IMG/VR virus record: IMGVR_UViG_3300027917_000060
Location: 1-51,243 of that record
Reading direction: 5' to 3' (one strand)
DNA length: 51,243 nt
DNA from: a virus
Lineage: Duplodnaviria; Caudoviricetes
The translations under genes and the position numbers were made by a program. Below, one piece after another: positions 30,495 through 38,789 of this stretch (position 1 is its first letter; the number at the start of each line of letters is the position of its first letter). The notes below the pieces were generated by a model that saw nothing but the letters and a program-made list of their open reading frames with translations, was not told the DNA's origin and did no database searches.

Positions 30495-31209
30495 CGGCTC
30501 TCCAAGGTGGAATGTACGGGATTGACTGGAATAATCCGTGCTGCTCGAAGTGTGAAGGGTCGCGTTCTTCCTGCGCGCGGGTGTTATGCCGCACACGGAT
30601 GTGCTTCAAATACGCCATCGGAATAATCGGATCGTGATTGCGGCAATACGAAGCCATGCTCGTTGCATCGCCTGAGCCCAACGGCATGCGCACGTCGGAG
30701 ACATAGTCCTTGATTAGCTCCATAGGATGCAGCCTGCAAATGCCGCCGATCGCGTACGTCAGGAACTCAAGCTGCAGCTTCTTGACCATACACACCTGGG
30801 AGCGTGCCGGTGGGTTCTTTAGACCTCGAATCGTAGGCGAGAGGATCATTTTGTCGTCGAGGAGTGCGCTTGCTTCGACTAGCTTCTTGAGCCAACGCTT
30901 CGACGGGAACTCGCAGTCGTCGTCTAGACGTAGAAGGTACTTGGCGCCTTTGTCACGCGCTAGCCAATGCGCCTCGTTCCATGCGACATGCTGCCCTACG
31001 TTCGTAGAGTAGCAGTACGACGTGTCAATGAGGCCAGTACTCTCAGCGGTCTTGATAACATTCTCGCCAACCTCGGCGCACCCCGACCCGACGACGTGCC
31101 AGTGGAACTTACACCCTGCCGTACGACGAGCCTGTGTGATTGTCTCGTTGAGCATGCGAGCGCGTTCGGGCGTCGATGCACGCGTTACCGTAAATGCGCA
31201 GATCATCAC
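30481..31209 (-). CDS. Glycosyltransferase, GT-A fold (GT2-like)
   Basis: NVGQHVAWN, LLRLDDD, IGGIC and VRH motifs. Confidence 0.75.
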   Translation of the reverse strand: MMICAFTVTRASTPERARMLNETITQARRTAGCKFHWHVVGSGCAEVGENVIKTAESTGLIDTSYCYSTNVGQHVAWNEAHWLARDKGAKYLLRLDDDCEFPSKRWLKKLVEASALLDDKMILSPTIRGLKNPPARSQVCMVKKLQLEFLTYAIGGICRLHPMELIKDYVSDVRMPLGSGDATSMASYCRNHDPIIPMAYLKHIRVRHNTRAQEERDPSHFEQHGLFQSIPYIPPWRADAAP

Positions 31210-32006
31210 TAACCCGAAATAAACGCCGCGCTAATCCCGCCTGGACGCTGACGTCGCGGTGTCTCCGTCAACGGCCTTGTGAGTTGCAAGTTCTCACCAT
31301 GCCAGTGGTACTTCTGCACAACTGCATTCACGCCCTTTCCACGCCATCCACTGAAGAACACACCGCGTGTGAACAACTCCCAATCGCCGAAGCGCCGGTA
31401 CTCTTCATTCCACATCTTGCCTGTCGCTAACTGCAGTCTCCACAGGGCACCCTTTGCGACTAGCGCATCCGACGTGTCGATGAAATTCGTCGAAGGATTA
31501 TGCAGACGCTGCACGTTCTCTGCAAACGGCACGAACGGCGATACGCCATTATGTAGATTCATTCTCGTGCACCCCTCGTCGATCACATACTCGCGGCGCC
31601 CGTAAACAAAATCCGGCCAGACCTTGCCCTCCTCGATCGCCTCGACAAGCACCGTCAAGTGGTTTGACGTCCATTCGTTGTCGTCGTCTAGATACGCGAT
31701 GTAATCTCCTCGCGCGTGCCATATAGCTACATTTTTTGGAACGCATTGGTACCCACTGTTCTCATCCAACGCCAAGAACCGAAAGTCAACCTCGGTCAGC
31801 TCGAACACATCTGCTGACTCTTTGCACACCTCGATCGTCTCTTCGTCAGCAGGGCCGTCATGGATGACGATTACCTCGAAGTCGTCAAAGTCCTGGTTTT
31901 CTACAGAATCTAACGCGCGCTTGAGTAGCTTGGGGCGCTTGTACGTATTGACGATCGCCGTGACGCAAGGAAACTCACGAAAGGGGCGGGATTCTCGCAT
32001 GCTCAA
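31209..32006 (-). CDS. Glycosyltransferase family 2
   Basis: TYKRP.LL.RAL.SV..Q, VIHDG, ARGDYIAYLDDD and GDWE motifs. Confidence 0.92.
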   Translation of the reverse strand: MSMRESRPFREFPCVTAIVNTYKRPKLLKRALDSVENQDFDDFEVIVIHDGPADEETIEVCKESADVFELTEVDFRFLALDENSGYQCVPKNVAIWHARGDYIAYLDDDNEWTSNHLTVLVEAIEEGKVWPDFVYGRREYVIDEGCTRMNLHNGVSPFVPFAENVQRLHNPSTNFIDTSDALVAKGALWRLQLATGKMWNEEYRRFGDWELFTRGVFFSGWRGKGVNAVVQKYHWHGENLQLTRPLTETPRRQRPGGISAAFISG

Positions 32007-32373
32007 TCAAATCCTTCACTTCGGCTGTCTCGCGTAGAACACGTTGATCGAGCAACGATTTCGCAGTCTCGCGCACGCCCCGCATGGGGTAGACTTCCCA
32101 TTTGTACTCCTCTTCGTTCCAGACGGATGGGTTGTTCGCATATGGAACATAGCCTTCTAAGTACCCACAGTTGCAGACGAACGAATCACGGTACCAGTCG
32201 TCTTGCTCATGCCCTGTTTGCACGTGTCCTTCGCGCTTCGGCAGTGTGAAATCGCAGATCGAGATCGTGTCCTTGAATCCGTCCTTTGAGCGGTAGTAAC
32301 GCAAGCGTGCCCAAGTACGTTTGTTCCGCTCGATAAACCTACGAAAATCGTCCCAGTACATGCCGTGCATCAT
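31975..32373 (-). CDS. Hypothetical protein, first CDS of the glycan cassette
   Basis: AAGGAG RBS that overlaps the 3' CCA of the tRNA-like RNA. Confidence 0.7.
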   Translation of the reverse strand: MMHGMYWDDFRRFIERNKRTWARLRYYRSKDGFKDTISICDFTLPKREGHVQTGHEQDDWYRDSFVCNCGYLEGYVPYANNPSVWNEEEYKWEVYPMRGVRETAKSLLDQRVLRETAEVKDLIEHARIPPLS

Positions 32374-32381
32374 GGGCTCCT

Positions 32382-32475
32382 TGGCGGAGGGCGGAGGACT
32401 CGAACCCCTCGCCCGATCTTTCTAGTCGCCACCGTCAAGCGTCGAGCCGGGCGTTTATCCTTTGCTACACCCTCC
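32382..32475 (-). ncRNA. tRNA-like RNA (94 nt) with Ser-type acceptor end and no canonical anticodon arm
   Basis: Acceptor GGAGGGTG/CGCCCTCC followed by G-CCA; T-loop GGGG-TTCGAGT-CCTC; TAGC...GG D-loop-like segment; central helix CGCCCGG/TCGGGCG enclosing 30 nt. Confidence 0.75.
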
Positions 32476-32483
32476 ATGCGCTG

Positions 32484-32492
32484 AGTATAACA
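32484..32492 (-). promoter_or_regulatory. Extended -10 promoter (TGtTATACT) for the tRNA-like RNA and glycan cassette
   Basis: TATACT ends 8 nt before the 5' G of the RNA. A TTGACG lies 19 nt upstream in the terminator loop. Confidence 0.55.
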
Positions 32493-32525
32493 AAAAACGG
32501 GGGAGCCCCGTCAAGGACTCCCCCG
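32492..32525 (-). terminator. Rho-independent terminator after the capsid genes
   Basis: CGGGGGAGTCCT-TGAC-GGGGCTCCCCCG hairpin followed by TTTTTT. Confidence 0.88.
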
Positions 32526-32556
32526 CTGCTATCCCAGGACGAATCCCAGGCTGGCA

Positions 32557-32763
32557 TTACTTGCCTGAAGTAGGCTTCGATGTGGACTTCGACCCAGACG
32601 AGCCGAAACCACCCGCACCCTTGGCGTTCTTCGCATTGGGCGCGCCATAGTGGTTCCCCTGTCCTGCGCCACCCGTCGTGGGATCGCAGGTCTGACCAGA
32701 GTCCTTGGAGTACTTCATGAGGCCCGCAGGCTCGAACTTTCCGCCAGTTTTGTAGCTAGCCAT
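32557..32763 (-). CDS. Small Gly/Ser/Lys-rich protein after the major capsid (68 aa)
   Basis: Strong AAGGAGG RBS before MASYKTGG; lies between the capsid stop and the terminator. Confidence 0.7.
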   Translation of the reverse strand: MASYKTGGKFEPAGLMKYSKDSGQTCDPTTGGAGQGNHYGAPNAKNAKGAGGFGSSGSKSTSKPTSGK

Positions 32764-32774
32764 GTTGGCCCTCC

Positions 32775-33698
32775 TTACAGCGACAGGGGGTAGTTGAGGC
32801 GTACCAGTCGATATTCCGTGGCCGACCATGCGGCAGGCACGACACCGAAGTACACCTTCGCACCGACTGTCGCGACTTGGTTCACGGGGTCACTGGTACC
32901 GCCGCTCCCCAGTTGTTTGACGAACGTGCGCGCCGTCATGTCGCTGATCTCGGTGACGTAATACGCATCGGGCGCGAACATGTAGTTACGCGCGCCGCTG
33001 ACAGCCGCCGAAATCGGTGCGGTCTCCTTGATGTTCGAGGAGGTGACGAAGCGTGCACCGTAAAGACGCCCGATTTCACCGATGTAGATGCGATCCGCAT
33101 TTCCCTCGGTGTACTTCGTGACGTCGAGCCACGCACCACCACTCAAGTTGATCTGCAAGTCGTATGCAGCCTTTGGGTGGATGATGCAAGGATAGTGGTT
33201 GTCGGGCGGGCGTGGGTTGTCCGCAGAATCGAGCGTCACTACAGCCTGAATGATGTCCGCAGGCTTGAGATAGTCGGTTCCGGTACCCTCGGACTGAATG
33301 GCTCCTGTCGCGGACAGCGCATCACGCACCGTGGTGTCCATCTTCTTTGCGATGTCCCGCGCGATGTCGACAAGCGACAGCTCGACGACGTCCGAAAGCG
33401 CAGTCATCACCAGCACGTCGGAGTGCTTGTACGCGCCCGCATATTGAGCCATCGTGCCCGAGATGTACTGGTCGCTGATTGGGCACGTCCCGATCACCGT
33501 TCCCTCGGTGTTTGCGAACACGATGTTCTTCTTCAACAGCCTCGGGATCTTGATGGTCGTACCGAAGTTACGCGGCACGGTCCTCTTGGTCCCGAACTGA
33601 TAGAAGTACAAGTTCGGGTACAGGTTCTCACCGAGCACCGCATCCCAGTAAGGCGGGATGAAATGGGTGAGGGTGCTGCTGGTTGTAGGTCCAGCCAT
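32775..33698 (-). CDS. Major capsid protein, N4-gp56-like family
   Basis: QFG...VPRNFGTTIK, IIHP...YDL, GEIGRLYGARFV and DPVNQ..TVG.K motifs; follows the scaffold. Confidence 0.9.
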   Translation of the reverse strand: MAGPTTSSTLTHFIPPYWDAVLGENLYPNLYFYQFGTKRTVPRNFGTTIKIPRLLKKNIVFANTEGTVIGTCPISDQYISGTMAQYAGAYKHSDVLVMTALSDVVELSLVDIARDIAKKMDTTVRDALSATGAIQSEGTGTDYLKPADIIQAVVTLDSADNPRPPDNHYPCIIHPKAAYDLQINLSGGAWLDVTKYTEGNADRIYIGEIGRLYGARFVTSSNIKETAPISAAVSGARNYMFAPDAYYVTEISDMTARTFVKQLGSGGTSDPVNQVATVGAKVYFGVVPAAWSATEYRLVRLNYPLSL

Positions 33699-33700
33699 TT

Positions 33701-34720
33701 CTACCTCGTGTAAACGTCAGGTCCCCAGTCGTTTGCAGTCCTCATTCCGTACTTTTCAAGTACTTTGCGCTTCTCGAACGCAGTCTTCGCTGCGGTGAAC
33801 TCTTGCGCAATTCTCTGCTGCAAGGGGACTTCGGCTTCTGTATGCGATTTCTGCCGATTGTTTTCGATGTAGGTTACGCGGCGCGCCGCAGCTTGTTCCG
33901 GGCTGACACGTGCTTGCGTGGGCTTGGGCTGCCTGGAAGCAGGAGTCTTCGCTTTTTCGGCATTGACCATCTGCTGTATCGCCTGGATCTTTGCAGGGCC
34001 TTCCGGCATCTGCGCGATCCAGGGATACGTGCCAGCGATCCGTTGCTCGGTCGCCTGGTCGATCCCTGCGCTCGTCTTCATGAGCTGGAGCTGCTGCATG
34101 TAGAGTTGCAGGCCTTGTTGCTGCAACCCCTGCATGTATGCGTCGACGCGCTGTAACACGTTGTCAACGTCACGCGGCTCCAAGAAGTCTCCCTCGCCCT
34201 TGTCCGGGAAGTACGTGTCGGGAAACTGCGGTTGCGCCTGCTGCGGTACATTGTACGGCAGCTGTTGAGGTGGTGCGTAGTAAGGTGCTTGCGGTGGTTG
34301 GTATTGCGCTTGTTGAGGCGCTTGCGCAAAGGCTGCCCGCATCGAGCCTAGCTCAGCCTTCATTTGTTCCAGCTGTTGCATAGCTTCCTGTGCGGTGCGT
34401 CGCCACTCGCCCTTTTCGTTCTCGGAATCTCCGTACATCTTCTTCCAGTCCTGATAACCTTCGCCTTCTTGGGACTCGGCGTCTTGCGCGTACAGAGCTT
34501 CCTCAGGACGCGGTTCTGCTTCCTCGTAATTTCCAGGAACTTGGGGTGAATTTATCCCAGACCCCACTCCACGATCATTCGCGTCGAATCGCCCACCTTC
34601 CTGGTACGATTCTCCCTGCATCATGGTGTGGAACTCATTGATAGCGCCATCAGTGGCTGGCCCTTGCGATACCACCTTCTCGCCCTTACCTAGCAGCTCT
34701 CTTGCCGTACTCTCGTCCAT
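33701..34720 (-). CDS. Capsid scaffolding protein
   Basis: AGGAGG RBS; acidic N-terminus, DWKKMY coiled coil, Gln/Pro-rich; directly upstream of the capsid gene. Confidence 0.75.
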   Translation of the reverse strand: MDESTARELLGKGEKVVSQGPATDGAINEFHTMMQGESYQEGGRFDANDRGVGSGINSPQVPGNYEEAEPRPEEALYAQDAESQEGEGYQDWKKMYGDSENEKGEWRRTAQEAMQQLEQMKAELGSMRAAFAQAPQQAQYQPPQAPYYAPPQQLPYNVPQQAQPQFPDTYFPDKGEGDFLEPRDVDNVLQRVDAYMQGLQQQGLQLYMQQLQLMKTSAGIDQATEQRIAGTYPWIAQMPEGPAKIQAIQQMVNAEKAKTPASRQPKPTQARVSPEQAAARRVTYIENNRQKSHTEAEVPLQQRIAQEFTAAKTAFEKRKVLEKYGMRTANDWGPDVYTR

Positions 34721-34821
34721 CGGTGCCTCCTTCGGCTTTGAAACCTACATCGACTCTGTCTCACTGGGCGTCTCGCTTTGACACGCAACGCACAGCCACA
34801 TCGTCTTTGCGGGGCAAGCAG

Positions 34822-35217
34822 CTACCGACTGGCTGTGAAACCAGTGTATCTGCTTTCACCAGTTACATTTAACACATCCTCTCCGTGGATGCCAGTTGTT
34901 CGTTGTGCGCGGTCCTCCTGTTTCAGCTTCTTGTCGTGTAGGTCCTCGTATTGCCGGTTGAGGATCGCTGGAAATGCGAGCAATCGTTCGATGACGTGTA
35001 GTGCTGCTCGTTTCTCGTTGTCTCGTGAGTTGCCGAACTTGTCAACGGCGCCATTGAGTAGCTCGGCAACGAGGTCTTTGCGTACACGTTGCATGCGTGC
35101 CATGTAATCTGTCCACGCTGGTTGCGAGCCGAGCGCGGCGTACAGTGCGTGCAAGCGTGCAACGTCGTCATAGTTAGAGACCTGTATCGGCGATGGGAGC
35201 CCCGCTTCGGTCAACAA
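34822..35217 (-). CDS. Small helical protein between portal and scaffold
   Basis: C-terminal part of ORF 34822..35373. The probable start is a TTG overlapping the portal end (uncertain). This position is commonly occupied in podoviruses. Confidence 0.55.
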   Translation of the reverse strand: MLTEAGLPSPIQVSNYDDVARLHALYAALGSQPAWTDYMARMQRVRKDLVAELLNGAVDKFGNSRDNEKRAALHVIERLLAFPAILNRQYEDLHDKKLKQEDRAQRTTGIHGEDVLNVTGESRYTGFTASR

Positions 35218-37231
35218 TTCCGCCAGTTGCGCTCGCTCGGTCTCCCGGATTCTGCACGTTTTGCATCGGGTTGTTTTGACCGTTTCCACCAGCGCCGCCA
35301 GGGAATTGCGCGGGACCTTGCATAGGCCCTTGAGGCCCCTGCCCACTTTCTGCGCCCATGCCTTGATTTTCATTCGGTGCTCCCCCTGCCATGCCCTGCG
35401 CAGCTTGCATTGCCATCATCTGCTGCAGCATGACTTCTTCCTCGGTTCGTACGTACTTGTCCGGGTCCTTCCAGCCACGATCTTGCATGAGCTTGCGTAG
35501 GATCTGCTCGGGGCGCAAGTACGGGGCAAACGACGGGTTCGCAGCGAGTTGAACAAGCTCTTGGTCCATTTGGAGGCGAGTCTCCTTGGACAACGCGAAC
35601 ATCCCACCGCTTACGATAATGTCGATCGGTATCTGGATTTCCGCCAGGTCGACCTGCGCGTACTCCTCGCCCACGGTGCGGACGATGCGGGGTGAGGACA
35701 TGCGCATTTGCAGCCACTTCCAGGTGCGTTCGAGCAGCTCCTTCTTGACGGTGTAGTCGTTCCACATGGTGTAGAGCATGTGGCGCGCGTTGCCTTGCTG
35801 AATTTTACGCTCGACTTCGGTAGCTGTCTGTCTATCTTGGGCGCCGACGCCTTGCATGATGTCGCTGGCTGCGGCGGCGTGCTCGGCCTGGGTCTGACGA
35901 TACTGGTCCTCATTCCACGCATCGGGCAGCACCGGCCTGCGCTCAAGTACGCTGAACACGTCCCTGACCGTTTCGCCTTGTTCGGGGCGCACCTCGATCA
36001 CGCCTGCGGGTTGAATGAGGAACTGGTTGTCACTGACTACTGCGTCAGCTTTGTACAGATACTGCTGCCAGATGCCAAGGAATACCTCGTCGAGGCGCAT
36101 GTTTGCGAGCCGTGACTGCTGGTCCGCGAGCGGGCCGATGTAGCGCAGAATCGACTCGCCGTACAAGCGCTTAGGGATGGGTACCGACTTTATGGGAAAG
36201 TAAGGAGGTCTGCCATCAGGAGTCGGCGAGGGTTCGTCGCGAAGTACGTATTTACCCTCAGCTATCACGGTAAGACGCCAGGCGGAGTCGTCTTTCTCGC
36301 GTAGCTCTTGCGGTACCCATCCCCAGCATTGCCATAGTTTGATGCCGATGCCGTCACGCATCGGAGTGGTGAGGTGAAGGGGGATACCCTCAGTCGCTTC
36401 GGGCTCTCGTGCATATTCTACGGATACGCCCGCCGACGTGCCCGAGCGTGCATCACTAAGACTATCCCCTCCTTTCATCATCGCGTTGGGAGGAGGTATC
36501 GAGGCCATGAGTGCGGCGAACTCAGTCTTGTCGTATACGCCAAGATGATCTTGAACGTCTTGCAGCTTTTCGACCGTGGTGTCGATCTCTTCGATGAACC
36601 ACTCGTACTCGCCCGTTGGGTCGGGGAACACACGGTCGAGCGTGAGCCAATCGAAGTCGACGTTGTTGTACGCCTCTTCCGTCACGACCTTGGCTTCGAC
36701 GCCCATGACCTCCATGCCTGTTTCTTCGTCAATAATTGGCGTCGGCACGAGTACCTGGCGCTCGGTGTACTCTTCCTTCCAGACGATCTTGCCCCACGCA
36801 TGCCCCATGATCAGGGCGTACTTGAGCGCTTCGTACATCTTAGGGAAGAGTTCCATCTCTTCGACTGTGGCGCGCAGGAGTGACTCGCACATGAGTTCGT
36901 ACTCGGAGTCACGGCGTTGGCGAGCTTCGACGCTGAACCAGTCCGGCGTGTCGAACATGCCGATGACGTAGCGTGGAAGCAGCGTTTCGATGACCTTGTA
37001 GACCGTGGGGATGACTTCGTTGGCGCGCCACCAGTCGGCAGGGTCCTCCATGGGCTCGGCCCAATTCCGGTACCACTTCCAGTACTTGATCCAGTCGCCT
37101 TCGTAGAGCTGCTTGAGTTCTTGCGAACGCTGGCGACGCGCGGTCCATAGGTTGATGCGTACGTCGAAGGGGCCGTTGAGCTGGTTAGGCCCCTCGAAAT
37201 ACGCACCGCTCGATCCTGCCATGAAAGGCAT
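35174..37231 (-). CDS. Portal protein (P22-like)
   Basis: 685 aa between TerL and scaffold; ALIMGHAWGK, VFPDP, LYGES and G...RQTATE motifs; Gln/Gly-rich tail. Confidence 0.88.
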   Translation of the reverse strand: MPFMAGSSGAYFEGPNQLNGPFDVRINLWTARRQRSQELKQLYEGDWIKYWKWYRNWAEPMEDPADWWRANEVIPTVYKVIETLLPRYVIGMFDTPDWFSVEARQRRDSEYELMCESLLRATVEEMELFPKMYEALKYALIMGHAWGKIVWKEEYTERQVLVPTPIIDEETGMEVMGVEAKVVTEEAYNNVDFDWLTLDRVFPDPTGEYEWFIEEIDTTVEKLQDVQDHLGVYDKTEFAALMASIPPPNAMMKGGDSLSDARSGTSAGVSVEYAREPEATEGIPLHLTTPMRDGIGIKLWQCWGWVPQELREKDDSAWRLTVIAEGKYVLRDEPSPTPDGRPPYFPIKSVPIPKRLYGESILRYIGPLADQQSRLANMRLDEVFLGIWQQYLYKADAVVSDNQFLIQPAGVIEVRPEQGETVRDVFSVLERRPVLPDAWNEDQYRQTQAEHAAAASDIMQGVGAQDRQTATEVERKIQQGNARHMLYTMWNDYTVKKELLERTWKWLQMRMSSPRIVRTVGEEYAQVDLAEIQIPIDIIVSGGMFALSKETRLQMDQELVQLAANPSFAPYLRPEQILRKLMQDRGWKDPDKYVRTEEEVMLQQMMAMQAAQGMAGGAPNENQGMGAESGQGPQGPMQGPAQFPGGAGGNGQNNPMQNVQNPGDRASATGGIVDRSGAPIADTGL

Positions 37232-37233
37232 AG

Positions 37234-37455
37234 TTATCCCTTTTTCTTCCTGTACGCGGCGCGCTTCACTCCGCCCATCTTCTCAAGCTCTTGGCGATTC
37301 TTCATCTGCTGCGCATCGTACGACTTTGCATGGCTCATTGTCTCTGTGCCCGCAAAGTACTTTCGACGCTTCTTCGCAGGAATCTTCTTGAGATTCTTGG
37401 CGATCGACGCCATGCGCGCTGACTTGCTACGTCGAGGCTTACTTCTTGCTGCCAC
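37234..37455 (-). CDS. Small highly basic protein (73 aa)
   Basis: GTG start after GGAG; MAARSKPRRSKSARMASIAKNLKKIPAKKRRKY... Confidence 0.55.
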   Translation of the reverse strand: MAARSKPRRSKSARMASIAKNLKKIPAKKRRKYFAGTETMSHAKSYDAQQMKNRQELEKMGGVKRAAYRKKKG

Positions 37456-37585
37456 GTCTCTTCTCCCTTGACGGCTTCCACCCCGTCTTGCGCAGCGTGC
37501 CGTAGACGTACGCATTGGCACGTTTCTTCGAAAAGCCCTTCTTACGGGCCTTGGACTTCAGGGCGCGTTCTAGTTTCTTGGGCAT
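37439..37585 (-). CDS. Small highly basic protein (48 aa)
   Basis: Read by hand: MPKKLERALKSKARKKGFSKKRANAYVYGTLRKTGWKPSREKRRGSKK. Confidence 0.65.
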   Translation of the reverse strand: MPKKLERALKSKARKKGFSKKRANAYVYGTLRKTGWKPSREKRRGSKK

Positions 37586-37588
37586 GGC

Positions 37589-37969
37589 TTAGTCACTCAG
37601 GAGCCAGTATTGGATATTGCATGACGCTGTGTCAGCTTTGAGGTAGAGCGCGCTGGCTGTGTCACCAAGGCGCAAGCACGCAAACTCTCCTGCCTTCAGT
37701 GCGCCTGTATATTGCGTGGGCGTGGCGTCCACGTTGAACTGCACGAAGTTCGTACTGTCCAAGTTCTTGATCATCAGGTAGCCAGGGTCGCTGACGTCAC
37801 CAAGATTGAGCGTCTCCTCAGACGTGCCTATCGCCTGAATACCCGTCGTCACCGCCGAGCTGGCCGTCACATCAAACGTCCCCGAGAACTCCGCAGGGTT
37901 GACACTCACCTCCCCTGCCGTCGACGGGTTGTAGTTGAACGTGATCTTGAGAGTAAGTTCGTCAGCCAT
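37589..37969 (-). CDS. Putative beta-sandwich virion/decoration protein
   Basis: GAGG RBS; IKNLDSTNFV, LKAGE and LYLKADTASC pattern. Confidence 0.6.
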   Translation of the reverse strand: MADELTLKITFNYNPSTAGEVSVNPAEFSGTFDVTASSAVTTGIQAIGTSEETLNLGDVSDPGYLMIKNLDSTNFVQFNVDATPTQYTGALKAGEFACLRLGDTASALYLKADTASCNIQYWLLSD

Positions 37970-37991
37970 TGTGTTCCTCTACGCCTAGGCG

Positions 37992-38186
37992 TTACGCCCT
38001 GTTCTTATTGACGCCGACGCCGCCGCCGTGCGCGATGTAGCCACTACGCTCACGTGCGAGCGAGGGCAGTCCTTTGCCTGGGTGTTTACGCTTGCGTTTC
38101 GCAGCGTCGTGCGCTTTCTTGCTTCGATACGTCATGCCGACGTCGTTCCCAGCAAGGCGTGGACGATAACGCAGCGTGGCCATCAT
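37992..38186 (-). CDS. Small basic protein
   Basis: ATGA overlap with the upstream gene; Lys/Arg-rich. Confidence 0.5.
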   Translation of the reverse strand: MMATLRYRPRLAGNDVGMTYRSKKAHDAAKRKRKHPGKGLPSLARERSGYIAHGGGVGVNKNRA

Positions 38187-38497
38187 CGTCTCCGTGCGGG
38201 CTTGCCTTTCGTCGCTAGCCCTTTTCGACGCACTGGTTTGCGTCGTCTACGTTGCGCAGGCGATGCACCCGCACTTTTTACGCCGCTGGGTGTGACACCG
38301 TACTTCGTGCCTTTACGCACGCTGGTTATTTTCGCGCGCCCGCCCTTTGGCTTCGGTGCGCGCTCCAAGTTCATCGTACGCATGCCCCCCTTGGTCTTCT
38401 CCATCAACTCGCCGCCTGTGTTGCGGTAGTATGGAGACTTCTTGCCGACAAACGGGTCAGTAAGTTTGCGCAGCGTAGATCGACGCTTGACCATCAC
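38183..38497 (-). CDS. Highly basic protein (104 aa)
   Basis: Overlap-coupled; C-terminus RRRRKPVRRKG. Confidence 0.55.
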   Translation of the reverse strand: MMVKRRSTLRKLTDPFVGKKSPYYRNTGGELMEKTKGGMRTMNLERAPKPKGGRAKITSVRKGTKYGVTPSGVKSAGASPAQRRRRKPVRRKGLATKGKPARRR

Positions 38498-38670
38498 TTG
38501 CCCCGTTTTGCCTGCTCCACAGCAGCCTTACCCTCAGCGCGCATCTTCGCGCTCGCGGCGCGTCGAGCTTCGAGTTCCTCGCGCGCTCGCCTCTGCGCCT
38601 GCAACCACCAGATGAGCGCTCCGACCAACCCAAGTACTGCGAGTACGAGTATCGCGGTGCCCATCACCAT
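38494..38670 (-). CDS. Small single-TM protein
   Basis: GGAGG RBS; TM AILVLAVLGLVGALIWWL followed by a charged helix. Confidence 0.6.
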   Translation of the reverse strand: MVMGTAILVLAVLGLVGALIWWLQAQRRAREELEARRAASAKMRAEGKAAVEQAKRGK

Positions 38671-38789
38671 CCCCTCCAGCCACAGCCGAACCAAGCTTCC
38701 TTCTTCGGCTTGGGCGGCGCTTTGGGCTCAGCCTTCTTCGCCTCCTGTTCCTTCTTGGATTCCTTTGTCTTCTTTGTAAAAGCCATCAT
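38664..38789 (-). CDS. Small Lys-rich protein (41 aa)
   Basis: Read by hand: MMAFTKKTKESKKEQEAKKAEPKAPPKPKKEAWFGCGWRGW; overlaps both neighbours. Confidence 0.5.
   Translation of the reverse strand: MMAFTKKTKESKKEQEAKKAEPKAPPKPKKEAWFGCGWRGW

Noticed and set aside
32382-32475. tmRNA or tRNA-Sec identity for the tRNA-like element
   Set aside because: There is no G3-U70/ACCA alanine end or tag reading frame, and no UCA anticodon or long D-stem.
32557-32829. Possible -1 frameshift fusing the capsid to the downstream small ORF (T7 10B-like)
   Set aside because: The frame is open across the capsid stop, but there is no good slippery heptamer and the small ORF has its own strong RBS.
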